Made by a program: the position numbers and the translations under genes. Under the pieces are notes generated by a model. That model worked only from the letters and a program-made list of their open reading frames with translations. It was not told the DNA's origin and did no database searches. This document shows, in pieces, positions 1-8,865 of a DNA stretch of 64,000 nucleotides (positions are counted from its first letter, which is position 1; the number at the start of each line of letters is the position of its first letter). The stretch covers positions 150,234 through 214,233 of the forward strand of contig CAVQAH010000024.1 in assembly GCA_963710415.1 (NCBI GenBank), written 5' to 3'. This DNA comes from an uncultured Acidobacteriota bacterium (GTDB lineage Bacteria > Acidobacteriota > Vicinamibacteria > Vicinamibacterales > 2-12-FULL-66-21).

Positions 1-11
1 GCTTAGGGGCA

Positions 12-818
12 ATGGCCCTCGTCCCGTTCCCTTCGTCGCCCCGGCCCGACGACGACCCTTACGGGGAGTCGAACCGCGAGAGCGAGCTCGATGCCGAAGC
101 GAAGATGTCGTTTCTGGAGCATCTCGACGAGCTCCGGACACGACTGATCCACGCCGTCATTGCTATCGGCGTCGCCTGCGTCATCTCGTTCATTTTCCTG
201 AACCGCATTTTCGAGTTCATCACGTTGCCGATGCGGCAGATGTTGCCGCCTGGCGGAAGCCTCATTCAGACCGAGCCGTCCGAGTTCTTCATGCTCTATC
301 TGAAGGTCGGCGCACTGGTCGGACTGCTCATCGCGACGCCCTTCGTGATGTGGCAACTCTGGCTGTTCATCGCACCGGGTCTGTACGCGCACGAGAAGAA
401 GTTCGCCATTCCCTTCGTCGCGCTCTCGACCTTTTTCTTCGCCGCGGGCGCGGCGTTCTCGCATTTCGTCGCCTTCCCGTGGACCTGGAAGTTCTTCATC
501 GACTTCAAGCCGGACTACGTTCAGTCGATGATCAAGCTGGGGCCGGCGTTTTCGCTTTACGTAAAGATGCTGCTCGGCTTCGCCGTCATCTTCCAGATGC
601 CAACGGTGGTGTTCTTCCTCGCCCGAATGGGGATGGTCACCGCGGGGTTCCTGATCCGCCATTTCAAGTACGCGGTGTTGATCATCTTCATTTTGGGTGC
701 GGTGCTCAGCCCGGGTGGCGATGTGGTCTCGCAGGCCATGATGGCCGGCCCCATGCTCGTGCTCTACGGGCTCAGCATCATCATCGCGTGGATCTTCAGC
801 CGCAAAACTCCGGCGTAA
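12..818 (+). CDS. tatC: Twin-arginine translocase subunit TatC
   Basis: ORF 12..818 (268 aa). Multi-TM protein with a TatC-type N-terminus 'MSFLEHLDELRTRLI'. The internal Met at 105 is an alternative start. Confidence 0.9.
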   Translation: MALVPFPSSPRPDDDPYGESNRESELDAEAKMSFLEHLDELRTRLIHAVIAIGVACVISFIFLNRIFEFITLPMRQMLPPGGSLIQTEPSEFFMLYLKVGALVGLLIATPFVMWQLWLFIAPGLYAHEKKFAIPFVALSTFFFAAGAAFSHFVAFPWTWKFFIDFKPDYVQSMIKLGPAFSLYVKMLLGFAVIFQMPTVVFFLARMGMVTAGFLIRHFKYAVLIIFILGAVLSPGGDVVSQAMMAGPMLVLYGLSIIIAWIFSRKTPA

Positions 819-858
819 GTGTTTTTCCCGCGCGGATTTACTCCCCAAGCTCCTCAGT

Positions 859-887
859 TTGACTGCGAAACAGCAACCCCTTATATT
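859..887 (+). promoter_or_regulatory. Candidate sigma70 promoter of the OmpA-family gene (leaderless geometry)
   Basis: 'TTGACT' (859-864), 17-nt spacer, 'TATATT' (882-887). The predicted +1 lies only 1-3 nt before the ATG at 896. Motif match only. Confidence 0.35.
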
Positions 888-895
888 GATGAGTT

Positions 896-2591
896 ATGTC
901 TAACAAATCTGTAGTTGGGGCGCTCCTCACAGTCGCGTCCTTGAGCCTGAGCCCCTCCGCGTCTGCCCAGACGGGTGGGACTCAGGGCGCGACCCAGCCT
1001 CCCGCTTCAACTGCCACGACCGACACGCGCCCGGCGACTACGACGACGATGGGAGATACCGGTCTCTGGTTCGTCCCAACCGGCGAGATCCTGCCCGCGC
1101 GCAAGTGGTCCTTCAGCGTGTATCGCGTGAACTTCGACTACTCACAGGGCTTTACGGACGTCTCGGATTTTCCGGTGACCTTCGGAGTTGGTCTCGCAGA
1201 CCGTGCCGAGGTGTTCGGGGCATGGTCACTCGTGCGCCGAATCGATCGCGACGTGCGTCCGCTCTTCTTCCCTACAGTCGACAGCGCCAACGGCGGCGTC
1301 GTCAACCAGTATCCGTTCGTCAACACCGGGTGGACGGGAAGCCAACTCGGCGATCTCTGGCTCGGCGGCAAGGTCAACATCACCTCTGAGCACACGCAGA
1401 AGCCGGTGGCTTTCGCGGTCCGCGGGATGCTGAAGCTGCCGACCGCGAGCACCGACGACGGCGTGGGAACTGGCAAAACGGATTTCTCGTTCGATGCGGT
1501 TGTCAGCAAGGAACTCAATCAGCGCGTCGAGTTGTCGGCGTTCGGTGGCTACATCTTTCGAGGAGACCCGGATGAGTTCGACTTGCTCGACGGTTTCCGG
1601 TGGGGTTTTGGTGCCGGATTCCCGACGCGCAAGAATCTTCGTCTGACCGCCGAACTGCACGGCGAGATGTACTCGGGTGACACGGTCGAAGTGCAAGGCG
1701 CGTCGATCCTCCCGTTGGACTCGGTGCAGGAGAATCCCGTGAACGCGTCGATCGGGTTGACGTGGATCAGCGGAAACGGTCTGTTCCTGGGTGCCGGTCT
1801 CAACTGGAACATGAACCTGAGCGCCCGCGAGGACTTCGGTAACTTCGAGAATGAAAGTGGCGACGCTCTGGGCTTCCAGTTCAGGATTGGGTATCACCCC
1901 GGCGTGCGCGTCTACGTTCCGCCGCCACCGCCACCACCGCCACCGCCACCACCCCCGGCGGCACCGCAGAATCGCCCACCGACAGTAGTCGCGCGCTGCG
2001 AGCCCTGCACGGTTGAAGTGGGCAGGACGTCGACGGTCACCGCCGACGCATCGGATCCCGACGGCGACCGGCTGACCTACAAGTGGAGCGCGCCGGTGGG
2101 CACGTTCGCCCGCCCGACGGATCGTCAGACGCCGTGGACGGCGCCGATGCAAGAGGGGCCCGTAGTCGTCACGGTCCAAGTTGACGACGGCAAGGGCGGA
2201 ACCGCCAGCGCGAACGTGACAATTCAGGTCATCCGTCCCGAAGTCAAGGCGTTCACGTTCGAGGACGTGCACTTCGACTTCGATCGGTACTCGCTGCGTC
2301 CGGAAGCGACGCGCGCGCTGGATGAGGCGATCAGAGATCATGCAGGCAAACCCGGACGTCCGGATTCAGATCGAAGGCCACACCTGCAACATCGGCACGG
2401 CGGAGTACAACCTGGCGCTCGGCGAACGGCGCGCCGCCGCCGTCCGCGACTACCTGGCGAGCCGTCGAATCAGTGCGGACCGGATGCAGACCACGAGTTA
2501 CGGCGAGGAGCGTCCGAAGCACGACAACGCGCGAGAGGAAACGCGTCGGCTGAACCGTCGCGCCGCCCTCGTCGTCCGGCTGCAGCGCTAG
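896..2591 (+). CDS. OmpA-family outer-membrane protein (barrel + poly-Pro linker + PKD-like + OmpA_C), one frame break
   Basis: ORF 896..2848 gives a signal peptide ('...SPSASAQ'), a barrel-like N-domain, a 13-Pro linker (about 1918-1957) and a PKD-like 'DPDGDRLTYKWSAP'. The OmpA_C domain begins in this frame ('FEDVHFDFDRYSLRPEA') and continues in ORF 2322..2591 ('NPDVRIQIEGHTCNIGTAEYNLALGERRAAAVRDYL'). That places a frame break near 2335. Confidence 0.8.
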
Positions 2592-2612
2592 CGCTGTCGA
2601 GTTCACGCTTAG

Positions 2613-2650
2613 GGGCCGGCTGCCACTGGTGGCCGGCCTTTTCTGTTTGT
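2613..2650 (+). terminator. Rho-independent terminator after the OmpA-family gene
   Basis: 'GGCCGGCTGCCA-CTGG-TGGCCGGCC' stem-loop followed by 'TTTTCTGTTTGT', about 20 nt after the stop. Confidence 0.7.
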
Positions 2651-2712
2651 CGGGCCGACGCTGTCAGCATGTTTTCGTGCTCGCGGGGGCTGCAGGCGCT
2701 TTTCCGATTTCC

Positions 2713-2803
2713 GTGCTCGCGGGGCCCCACCCCCGCTCGCTTCTCGCTCGGCGGCGCGGCTTCGCCGCGCTGCCCTCCGGCGCCTCGCTCAGGCCGCAGG
2801 CGC
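2713..2803. repeat. ~90-nt GC-rich dispersed intergenic element, copy 1
   Basis: 'GTGCTCGCGGGGCCCCACCCCCGCTCGC...CCGCAGGCGCT' is about 80% identical to 36596..36687. The central hairpin is GCGCGGC-TTC-GCCGCGC. Confidence 0.8.
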
Positions 2804-2804
2804 T

Positions 2805-2839
2805 TTTCCGATTTCCGATTTCCGATTTCCGATTTCCGA
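2805..2839. repeat. Tandem heptamer array TTCCGAT x5
   Basis: Five perfect TTCCGAT units read directly. A partial copy 'TTTCCGATTTCCG' lies at about 2701-2713. The same unit family occurs at 25411-25455 and 59831-59965. Confidence 0.9.
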
Positions 2840-2863
2840 TTACACTGACTTCCACCACTCGGC

Positions 2864-3904
2864 ATGCCTATCAAAGCCTCCGCATCCACCGAAATTCGCG
2901 CGCTGGTCGAGGCACTCTGCGGGTCGGATGAAGTGAAGCGCGAGGCGGCCATCGCCAGGCTGGCGATAATCGGGCCGAGGGCCGTCGATCGTCTGCTCAG
3001 CACGTTTGCCGGCACGCCCGATCGAACGGCCCGCGTCGCCATCCTTCGCGCGCTCGAGTCCACGGCTGATCACCGCGCTTTACCGGCCGCACGGCAAGGC
3101 CTCGACGCGGGTGGCGATGTGGCGATCGCGGCAACCGGCGTGCTGCGGAGCCTGCTCGACTCACAGCATGGCAGCGATGCGTCCGCGGCGCTCGATTCGC
3201 TGGTGGCCGTCGCGCTGAACGAACGCGTCGAGCGGCGCGTCCGCGTCGCCGCGCTCGAGGCGCTTGACCAGATGCCCGCGGATGTGCGCGAGAAGGTCGC
3301 TGGCGCGCTCGGATCCGGCGCGGACGATACGGTCCGCCAGCAGGCACGCGCGACTAAACACGGCAGCTTGTCTGACGAGGCGTTGTGGAAGGACGCGCTC
3401 GACGGCCGCTTGCCAGACGAGCCGGAGCTGCTGCGGAACGCCGTTTCTGCGCGTGCCGCCAAAGCGCCGCTCGGTGCCCTGCAAAAGCTGATCGACGAAA
3501 TTCGCCGCGTCGAGTCCGACGTCCGCGGAAAGGCGCGCGAGGAAGATTGGCGGATCGTACGCGGTGCGATCCACCAGGCGCTCGCGCTGCGCGGCAGCCG
3601 CGTGGCGATGTACGACCTCCGCGAAAGCTTTGCGGAACCTGACAGGCGTTTGCCTGTCTCGTTTCTCTCCGCAGTGCAGGCTGTCGGGGACAGTTCGTGT
3701 CTCGAACCGCTCGCGGCGACGCTGAGCAGTCAAGCGACGCAGAACGACGAACGGTGGCGGCATCAGATCACGACGGCGTTCCGGGCGATCGCCAAACGCG
3801 AGAAGGTCACCCGCCGGCACGCCGTGATGCGTCGTATCAGCGCGCGCTGGCCGCAAACACCCGATCGAGTCTTTCCGAAAGCTGCTCGGCCGTCCAGTTC
3901 CTGA
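2864..3904 (+). CDS. HEAT/armadillo-like repeat protein, function unknown
   Basis: ORF 2864..3904 (346 aa). Repeated helical 'A..AL..LG..A...L' units, for example 'EAAIARLAIIGPRAVDRLL' and 'RVAALEALDQMPADVREKV'. The 3' end overlaps the convergent gene, so the true stop may differ. Confidence 0.55.
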   Translation: MPIKASASTEIRALVEALCGSDEVKREAAIARLAIIGPRAVDRLLSTFAGTPDRTARVAILRALESTADHRALPAARQGLDAGGDVAIAATGVLRSLLDSQHGSDASAALDSLVAVALNERVERRVRVAALEALDQMPADVREKVAGALGSGADDTVRQQARATKHGSLSDEALWKDALDGRLPDEPELLRNAVSARAAKAPLGALQKLIDEIRRVESDVRGKAREEDWRIVRGAIHQALALRGSRVAMYDLRESFAEPDRRLPVSFLSAVQAVGDSSCLEPLAATLSSQATQNDERWRHQITTAFRAIAKREKVTRRHAVMRRISARWPQTPDRVFPKAARPSSS

Positions 3905-4729
3905 CCTCGATTCGACCGGCCCGTGCCGTGTCGAACGACGATCCGATCTCCACCTCGTCGCAACTCAATCCCCAGCGAAATCTGGTGCGGACGGGCTCCG
4001 TGCAGAGTCGAGAAACCGCACCGTAGGGATAGGCGAACTCCTGGATGGTCCTGCCGGTGATGCTCGCGAGAGCCGCCCGGCAGTCTTCCAACTCACTCTC
4101 GATAACCCGAGGGGCCTGATCGGGAAGCGAGAGGTGATTCACCGTGTGCGCTCCGATCGACATCCCCGGGATGCGGGCGAGTTGCGCAACTTCGTCGGAC
4201 ACGAGCGGCCGTCGGCGAACCGGAGGCCCACCCAGACGGCGCAACTCGTCGATCAGCCGCTCGCGAACCTCGAGCGTCGCATGAACCAGCAGCGCATGGA
4301 GGTGGTCGTGAGATGCACGCCGTTGATCCGGAGTTGCCGTGCTCAGACGAAGCGGCTCCGGCCCTGACAGGTTGATGGAAGGCGGAACCGACTCGTTGAG
4401 CAGCAGCACACGCTCGAGCGTGTCCCACCAGTATTCGCCTGGAGTACGGAGCCAACCCGACGTGAGAAAGAAGGTCGCTGGCAGCCCCGCACGTTCGAGC
4501 GCCGGCGCCGCGTGCTCCAGATTGTCGAGATAGCCGTCATCGAACGTCAGCGCGATGGCGCGCGGCGGCAGGTCGCAATCTGGCGTGCGCAACAACTCGT
4601 CGAGCGGAAGTCACCCGGTAGTCGCGCGCGAGCATCTTCACGTGTTCGTCGAAGCGCTGCGCGCGAAAGCGCCAGACCGTGAACATCCTCGTCGTCGGCA
4701 ACGCGGTGGTAAAGCAGGACGGCCCTGCC
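3837..4729 (-). CDS. Polysaccharide deacetylase (NodB homology) domain, frame breaks at its 5' end
   Basis: ORF 3837..4595 contains 'AIALTFDDGYLDNLEHAAPALERAGLPATFFL'. The domain start 'VLLYHRVADDEDVHG' sits in the frame of ORF 4547..6319, and 'FRAQRFDEHVKMLARDYRV' sits in a third frame. That implies two breaks near 4610 and 4690. It may be fused to the upstream methyltransferase protein. Confidence 0.75.
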
Positions 4730-6319
4730 CGGCGAGCGAGCGCCGCCCGACTCGCTTCCCTTGCGCGCCCGAATGCCGACCAGGGCCGGGAAATACGGGT
4801 CGACGATGTCGAACTCTTCCTGCGTCAAATCCGAACAGGCGAGACCTTCCAGGAACGCTACGTTCGACAACACGTTGCCATAGGCCGTGGATTCGACGGC
4901 AGCCGGTCCGAAGGCTTTCTCGAACACTGCGCGGCCACCCGCCGGCGTCATCCGCCACAGATCGCCGTCGACTCCGTACTCGAGACACACGCGGCTCGCG
5001 CATGGCAACGTGGCGAGCAGCACGCCGTCAGGCCTCAACAGCCGCCTGCACTCGCTCAGCACAGCATCGACGTCATCGATGAAATGCAGCGTCTGAGTCA
5101 GGATGATGCAGTCGAAGGAGCCGGTCGGGATATGAGGCGCGCACCGCAAGTCCGCCAAGTGGGTGGCTCGCGGATTGGACTCGTTGAGGTCGACCACAGA
5201 CGATGACTGCACACGCGATCCCCCAAACTTCGTTGTGAAGTCGTTCTCCTGGACCTCGAGCACGGCGCCGCGAATGTCTGAGGAATGTGCTCCGAGAAAC
5301 GCTTCGATGTAATACCGGTCGATCGGAACGCCTCGCTCGTAGCCCCAGTTGCGGCCGATCGGATGGGTGCGGCGGAGATCGCCCCAGTCGATGTGATCCT
5401 GACCATGATGGCGAAGATACGCGCGCACGTGCGCGGCGTCGCCGCGTAGTACATCGAGCCGCTGGAGGTCCACGTCCCGGCATCGAACGAGCTCGCGATG
5501 ATCGGCTCGCAGCGTGCCGAATCCGATCTCACGCCGGATGAGCACCTCGCGCATCGCCGGCTCGAGCGCAGAACGATGCTTTTCGATCAGGCGCGCGAAG
5601 CTGGTCAGGTAGTTCTCTGGCGCCGGCCAGATCCGCGTCCAGGTGAGCGGATCGGAAACGTCGCAAGAGGCAAGAGTGTCAGCGATGCCGACCGCCCGGC
5701 CGACCTCCTGGAGCCGAATGAGCAGATCGCAGACGGTCAGGACACCGCAGCCGGACACCAGGCCACCGACTTTGTCCCACGCACTGCGCCGAATGAACAG
5801 GACAGGCGGAACCGCAGAGGGGTCCTCGAGCAGTCTGACGGGTTGATAGTCAGAACAAGCGCGAGCGCGGCTGTGCTGTCCATCCGGCGTTTCCTCGCGG
5901 ATGGCCGGCGCGACGACGACGATCCGGGATTCGTCTTCGACGCGTGAGAGGCATTGTTCGCTCGCACGGGCATCGAGTCGGTAGCCGGACGGAACGAGCA
6001 GAACCCAGTCCGGATCGCCGGACGAAACGGCTGTATTGACCGCTCGAGACATTTCCGGCGCGCGCGCAACCGTCGTCTGCGCCCGGCGTTCCAGCGATTG
6101 CAGAATTGCCTGGGGAGTGCCGTCCAGCGCCGCTATCGCCACGCCCTCGGCAGGCCAGGATTGCCGGAGCAGGCTGTCGACCGTTCGGACGAGCGCCCGG
6201 ACCCGCGCATCGGCCACCACGATGGCTCGCACCGTTCGATGGTGAGTTCTAGGCGGCATCAAGCGCCGCCGCCGGAGAGTCGCGAATACAGCCAGCGCAA
6301 GGGACCCGTGATTCTCCAA
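4547..6319 (-). CDS. Multidomain glycan-modifying protein: GT-like N-domain + class I SAM methyltransferase
   Basis: ORF 4547..6319 (590 aa). The N-terminus 'AIVVADARVRALVRTVDSLLRQSWP' is GT2-like. The C-terminal half 'VLEVQENDFTTKFGG...FDCIILTQTLHFIDDVDAVLSECRRLLRPDGVLLATLP' is a methyltransferase fold. The last ~60 codons run into the deacetylase domain. Confidence 0.7.
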   Translation of the reverse strand: MENHGSLALAVFATLRRRRLMPPRTHHRTVRAIVVADARVRALVRTVDSLLRQSWPAEGVAIAALDGTPQAILQSLERRAQTTVARAPEMSRAVNTAVSSGDPDWVLLVPSGYRLDARASEQCLSRVEDESRIVVVAPAIREETPDGQHSRARACSDYQPVRLLEDPSAVPPVLFIRRSAWDKVGGLVSGCGVLTVCDLLIRLQEVGRAVGIADTLASCDVSDPLTWTRIWPAPENYLTSFARLIEKHRSALEPAMREVLIRREIGFGTLRADHRELVRCRDVDLQRLDVLRGDAAHVRAYLRHHGQDHIDWGDLRRTHPIGRNWGYERGVPIDRYYIEAFLGAHSSDIRGAVLEVQENDFTTKFGGSRVQSSSVVDLNESNPRATHLADLRCAPHIPTGSFDCIILTQTLHFIDDVDAVLSECRRLLRPDGVLLATLPCASRVCLEYGVDGDLWRMTPAGGRAVFEKAFGPAAVESTAYGNVLSNVAFLEGLACSDLTQEEFDIVDPYFPALVGIRARKGSESGGARSPGRAVLLYHRVADDEDVHGLALSRAALRRTREDARARLPGDFRSTSCCARQIATCRRAPSR

Positions 6320-6558
6320 CTCCAGGACGTTCGCAGGGCCGCGACCTCACGATTGAGCTCACCGACTTGATGAACGAGCCTGTCGCGCTCCTCCCGCGCC
6401 AGCTGTTCGGCCCTTACGCGGCTCTCCCGAACACGCAACGCACGAAGCTCCTCTGCCGCGCGCTCGAGTGCCGGCTCGAGCACATTCAGACGCTCGCGTT
6501 CGAGAGCCGCGATTTCGTCGGCGAGCCCGAGCCGCTCGGCTTCCTTACTGACCATCAC
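6259..6558 (-). CDS. Coiled-coil segment with 'SWSWRITGPLR' motif (probably the C-terminal extension of the upstream GT2)
   Basis: ORF 6259..6558 (99 aa) is heptad-rich 'EIAALERERLNVLEPALERAAEELRALRVRE' and ends in 'TSWSWRITGPLRWL'. It overlaps the stop of ORF 6545..8086 in another frame. Confidence 0.5.
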   Translation of the reverse strand: MMVSKEAERLGLADEIAALERERLNVLEPALERAAEELRALRVRESRVRAEQLAREERDRLVHQVGELNREVAALRTSWSWRITGPLRWLYSRLSGGGA

Positions 6559-8086
6559 GCTCAGCGAGATGATCCCGGTAGGGTTGGGCGTGCTTGTCCA
6601 GGAGCGTCTGCAGGGGCTTCCGGTATGATGACGCCGTGGTCATGCCGCGACTCATGGAAGCGGCGTGACGGCGATAGTAGAAGAGCACCTCGGGAATGAT
6701 CGCGCCCGGATAGCCTGCCTCGACGAGGCGCAACCAGAAATCCCAGTCTTCGCATCCGTGGCGCATGGATTCGTCGTATCCGCCGACGGCCTCGAAGGCT
6801 GCACGCGTGACGAGCGCGGCGCCGTTGATCGTGTTCCGCGCGAGCAACGCCGGCAGATCGCATTGCTCTGGTTTCCACGTCCAGTGCTCGTCGCCGAACG
6901 TCTCGAGCCAGTGAGAGACGAACGCGACGTCCGGCCTGCTCTCGAGCAGCGCATTTCCCTTCTCGAACCAGGTGGCGGCAAGCCGGTCGTCGGCGTCGAG
7001 CGCGCAAAACAGCTCGCCGCGCGCGTGAGCGGCCGCATGGTTGCGCGCAGCGGGAAGGCCGCGGTTCTCCGTCCTCAGGACCTGCGTGCCCGGCGCATCG
7101 ATCAAATCGAGCTTCCGGACGGTCGCGGCATCGGTCGACCCGTCATCAACGATCACGATTTCAAAGTCCTGGAAGGTCTGCTGCCACACGCTCTCGAGCG
7201 CCTCGTCGATCCACTGGCCATCGTTGAAGCATGGCAGGAGCACCGATATCCGAGGCGTGGTCATCGACGTGCGGCCCGCTGCGGCCGTGCCTCGCCAGAG
7301 GAGATCCGTCAGCAGCGCCAGGTAGGCGTCCGCCACGTCGGCAGCCGGACCGGCTTTGACGATGCGGCCACCTTCGAGCAGGAGCGCCCTGCTGCAGAAT
7401 GTGGCAATCGTTCGCGGTTCGTGGCTGACGAGCAGCATCGAATGACCAGCGCGGTGCAGTTCGCGATACCGCGCCTGACACCGTTCCTTGAAACCGGCAT
7501 CGCCCACCGCGAAGATCTCGTCGAGGATCAGCACTTCGCGGACGGCATGGAAGGCGACCGCGTAGGCGAGCCGCGCGGCCATCCCGCTCGAATAATGACG
7601 CAGCTCGAGCTTGGCGAAGCGCTCGAGATCGGCGAACGCCAGGATGTCCGCAGTCGCCGCTCGCAGTTCGCGGAGCGTGAGACCCATGACGGTGCCGAGC
7701 AGCTCGATGTTGTCGATCGCATCGAGCTCGGGATTCCATCCGACCCCGAGCTCGAGGATCGGTGTCACGGCACCGTTGAGCGTGACCGAACCGCGATCCG
7801 GCTGGTAGATCCCCGAGATGATCTTCAGCAGCGTGCTCTTGCCGCCGCCGTTGCGCCCCATCAGGCCGAGACTCTCGCCGCGACGCAGCTCGAGAGATAC
7901 CGAATCGAGCACCGTCAGCCTCTCGGACGGGCGTGGCCGGAACAGATCCAGCACGTGCTCGCGAACGGTGTCTCGCCTGACCGACGGGATGGTGAAGGTC
8001 TTCGAAATCCCGTTGGCTTCAATGACCCGAGGCATCAGAGCGTGCTCCGCGACCCTTGGTGCTTTCAGCCTGGTAGATGGCCGCAC
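6545..8086 (-). CDS. wzt: Wzt/TagH-type ABC transporter ATP-binding domain fused in frame to a GT2 glycosyltransferase
   Basis: ORF 6545..8086 (513 aa). Walker A 'GRNGGGKSTLLKIISG', signature 'YSSGMAARLAYA' and Walker B 'LILDE' are present. 'PRISVLLPCFNDGQWIDEALESVWQQTFQDFEIVIVDDGSTD' (GT2) follows with no stop between. The likely start is 'MPRVIEANG' at about 8035. Confidence 0.8.
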   Translation of the reverse strand: MRPSTRLKAPRVAEHALMPRVIEANGISKTFTIPSVRRDTVREHVLDLFRPRPSERLTVLDSVSLELRRGESLGLMGRNGGGKSTLLKIISGIYQPDRGSVTLNGAVTPILELGVGWNPELDAIDNIELLGTVMGLTLRELRAATADILAFADLERFAKLELRHYSSGMAARLAYAVAFHAVREVLILDEIFAVGDAGFKERCQARYRELHRAGHSMLLVSHEPRTIATFCSRALLLEGGRIVKAGPAADVADAYLALLTDLLWRGTAAAGRTSMTTPRISVLLPCFNDGQWIDEALESVWQQTFQDFEIVIVDDGSTDAATVRKLDLIDAPGTQVLRTENRGLPAARNHAAAHARGELFCALDADDRLAATWFEKGNALLESRPDVAFVSHWLETFGDEHWTWKPEQCDLPALLARNTINGAALVTRAAFEAVGGYDESMRHGCEDWDFWLRLVEAGYPGAIIPEVLFYYRRHAASMSRGMTTASSYRKPLQTLLDKHAQPYRDHLAERDGQ

Positions 8087-8830
8087 CAGCCGCCAGGATG
8101 ACGAGCGTTTCGGCGGTCAACAGGGCGTGCGCCAACAGCGACGGCATCTGCCCATCGACCAGGACGCTCCGCGAGAACAGGATGATCGGCGTCGGCGGCC
8201 AGAGATACAGATAGGCGTGCACACGCTCGGGAAGGATCTGCAGCGGATAGATGATCGGAGCGACGAAGAACCCCGCGTGGCTGATCACCTCCCAGACCTG
8301 ATTCAGATCCCGGTACTGCATGAACAGAACGCTGGCGGCGAGCGAGAATCCGGCCACGATCGCCACGTAGTGGATCAGGTACACCGCGTAGAGCCCGACA
8401 TGCGACAGGCGACTGGGGCGCGCCCGGTCAGCGTCAGAAACGTAATCAGCACCACGGAGAACAGGACGAGCGTGATCACCGCGTTCGACGCAGACGTGAC
8501 GACAACAACCCAGGAAGGGAATCTCGCCTTGTTGAGGAGGAAGCCCTTCGCCCGCAGCGACAGGAGGCCCATCTTCGTGGATTCCTGGAAGAACTCGTAG
8601 AGAAACAGGCCGATGATCAGATCCAGTTTGTACTGACGTTCCCCTGCGAACACGTACGAGAACACGGCCATCAGCACCACGAACATCGCCAGCGGCTTGA
8701 GCAGGGCCCAGACGAACCCTCCCAGCGTGCCGTGGTAGCGGGTTTTGAAGTCGGTGCGGATCAGCGTCCAGACAAGGCCGCTGTACTGTGCGCGACCAGG
8801 GCGCAGACCGGCGGTGGCGGCTGAAATCAT
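8019..8830 (-). CDS. wzm: ABC-2 type polysaccharide export permease (Wzm-like), one frame break
   Basis: ORF 8375..8830 reads 'LVWTLIRTDFKTRYHGTLGGFVWALLKPLAMFVVL...'. It continues in ORF 8019..8867 as 'YLIHYVAIVAGFSLAASVLFMQYRDLNQVWEVISHAGFFVAPIIYPL'. The break is near 8410. Confidence 0.8.
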
Positions 8831-8865
8831 CGCTTGGCCTGATACTATACGGCACCGGCCGCTTC

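Noticed and set aside
3-848. Long antisense or off-frame ORFs throughout the track, for example 3..848(-), 1226..2341(-), 6665..8101(+), 10497..11681(+), 19611..51245-type ORFs such as 49611..51245(+), 46810..48171(+), 52637..54007(-), 54418..55692(-) and 60384..61802(+).
   Set aside because: They lie opposite or out of frame to genes with clear family signatures. Their translations are Arg/Ala/Pro/Gly-rich low-complexity sequence, typical of stop-codon-poor high-GC DNA. No domain-like motifs were recognisable.
1918-1957. CCG/CCA-rich tract as a nucleotide tandem repeat.
   Set aside because: It is in frame within the OmpA-family CDS and encodes a 13-proline linker. It is a coding low-complexity region rather than a non-coding repeat.
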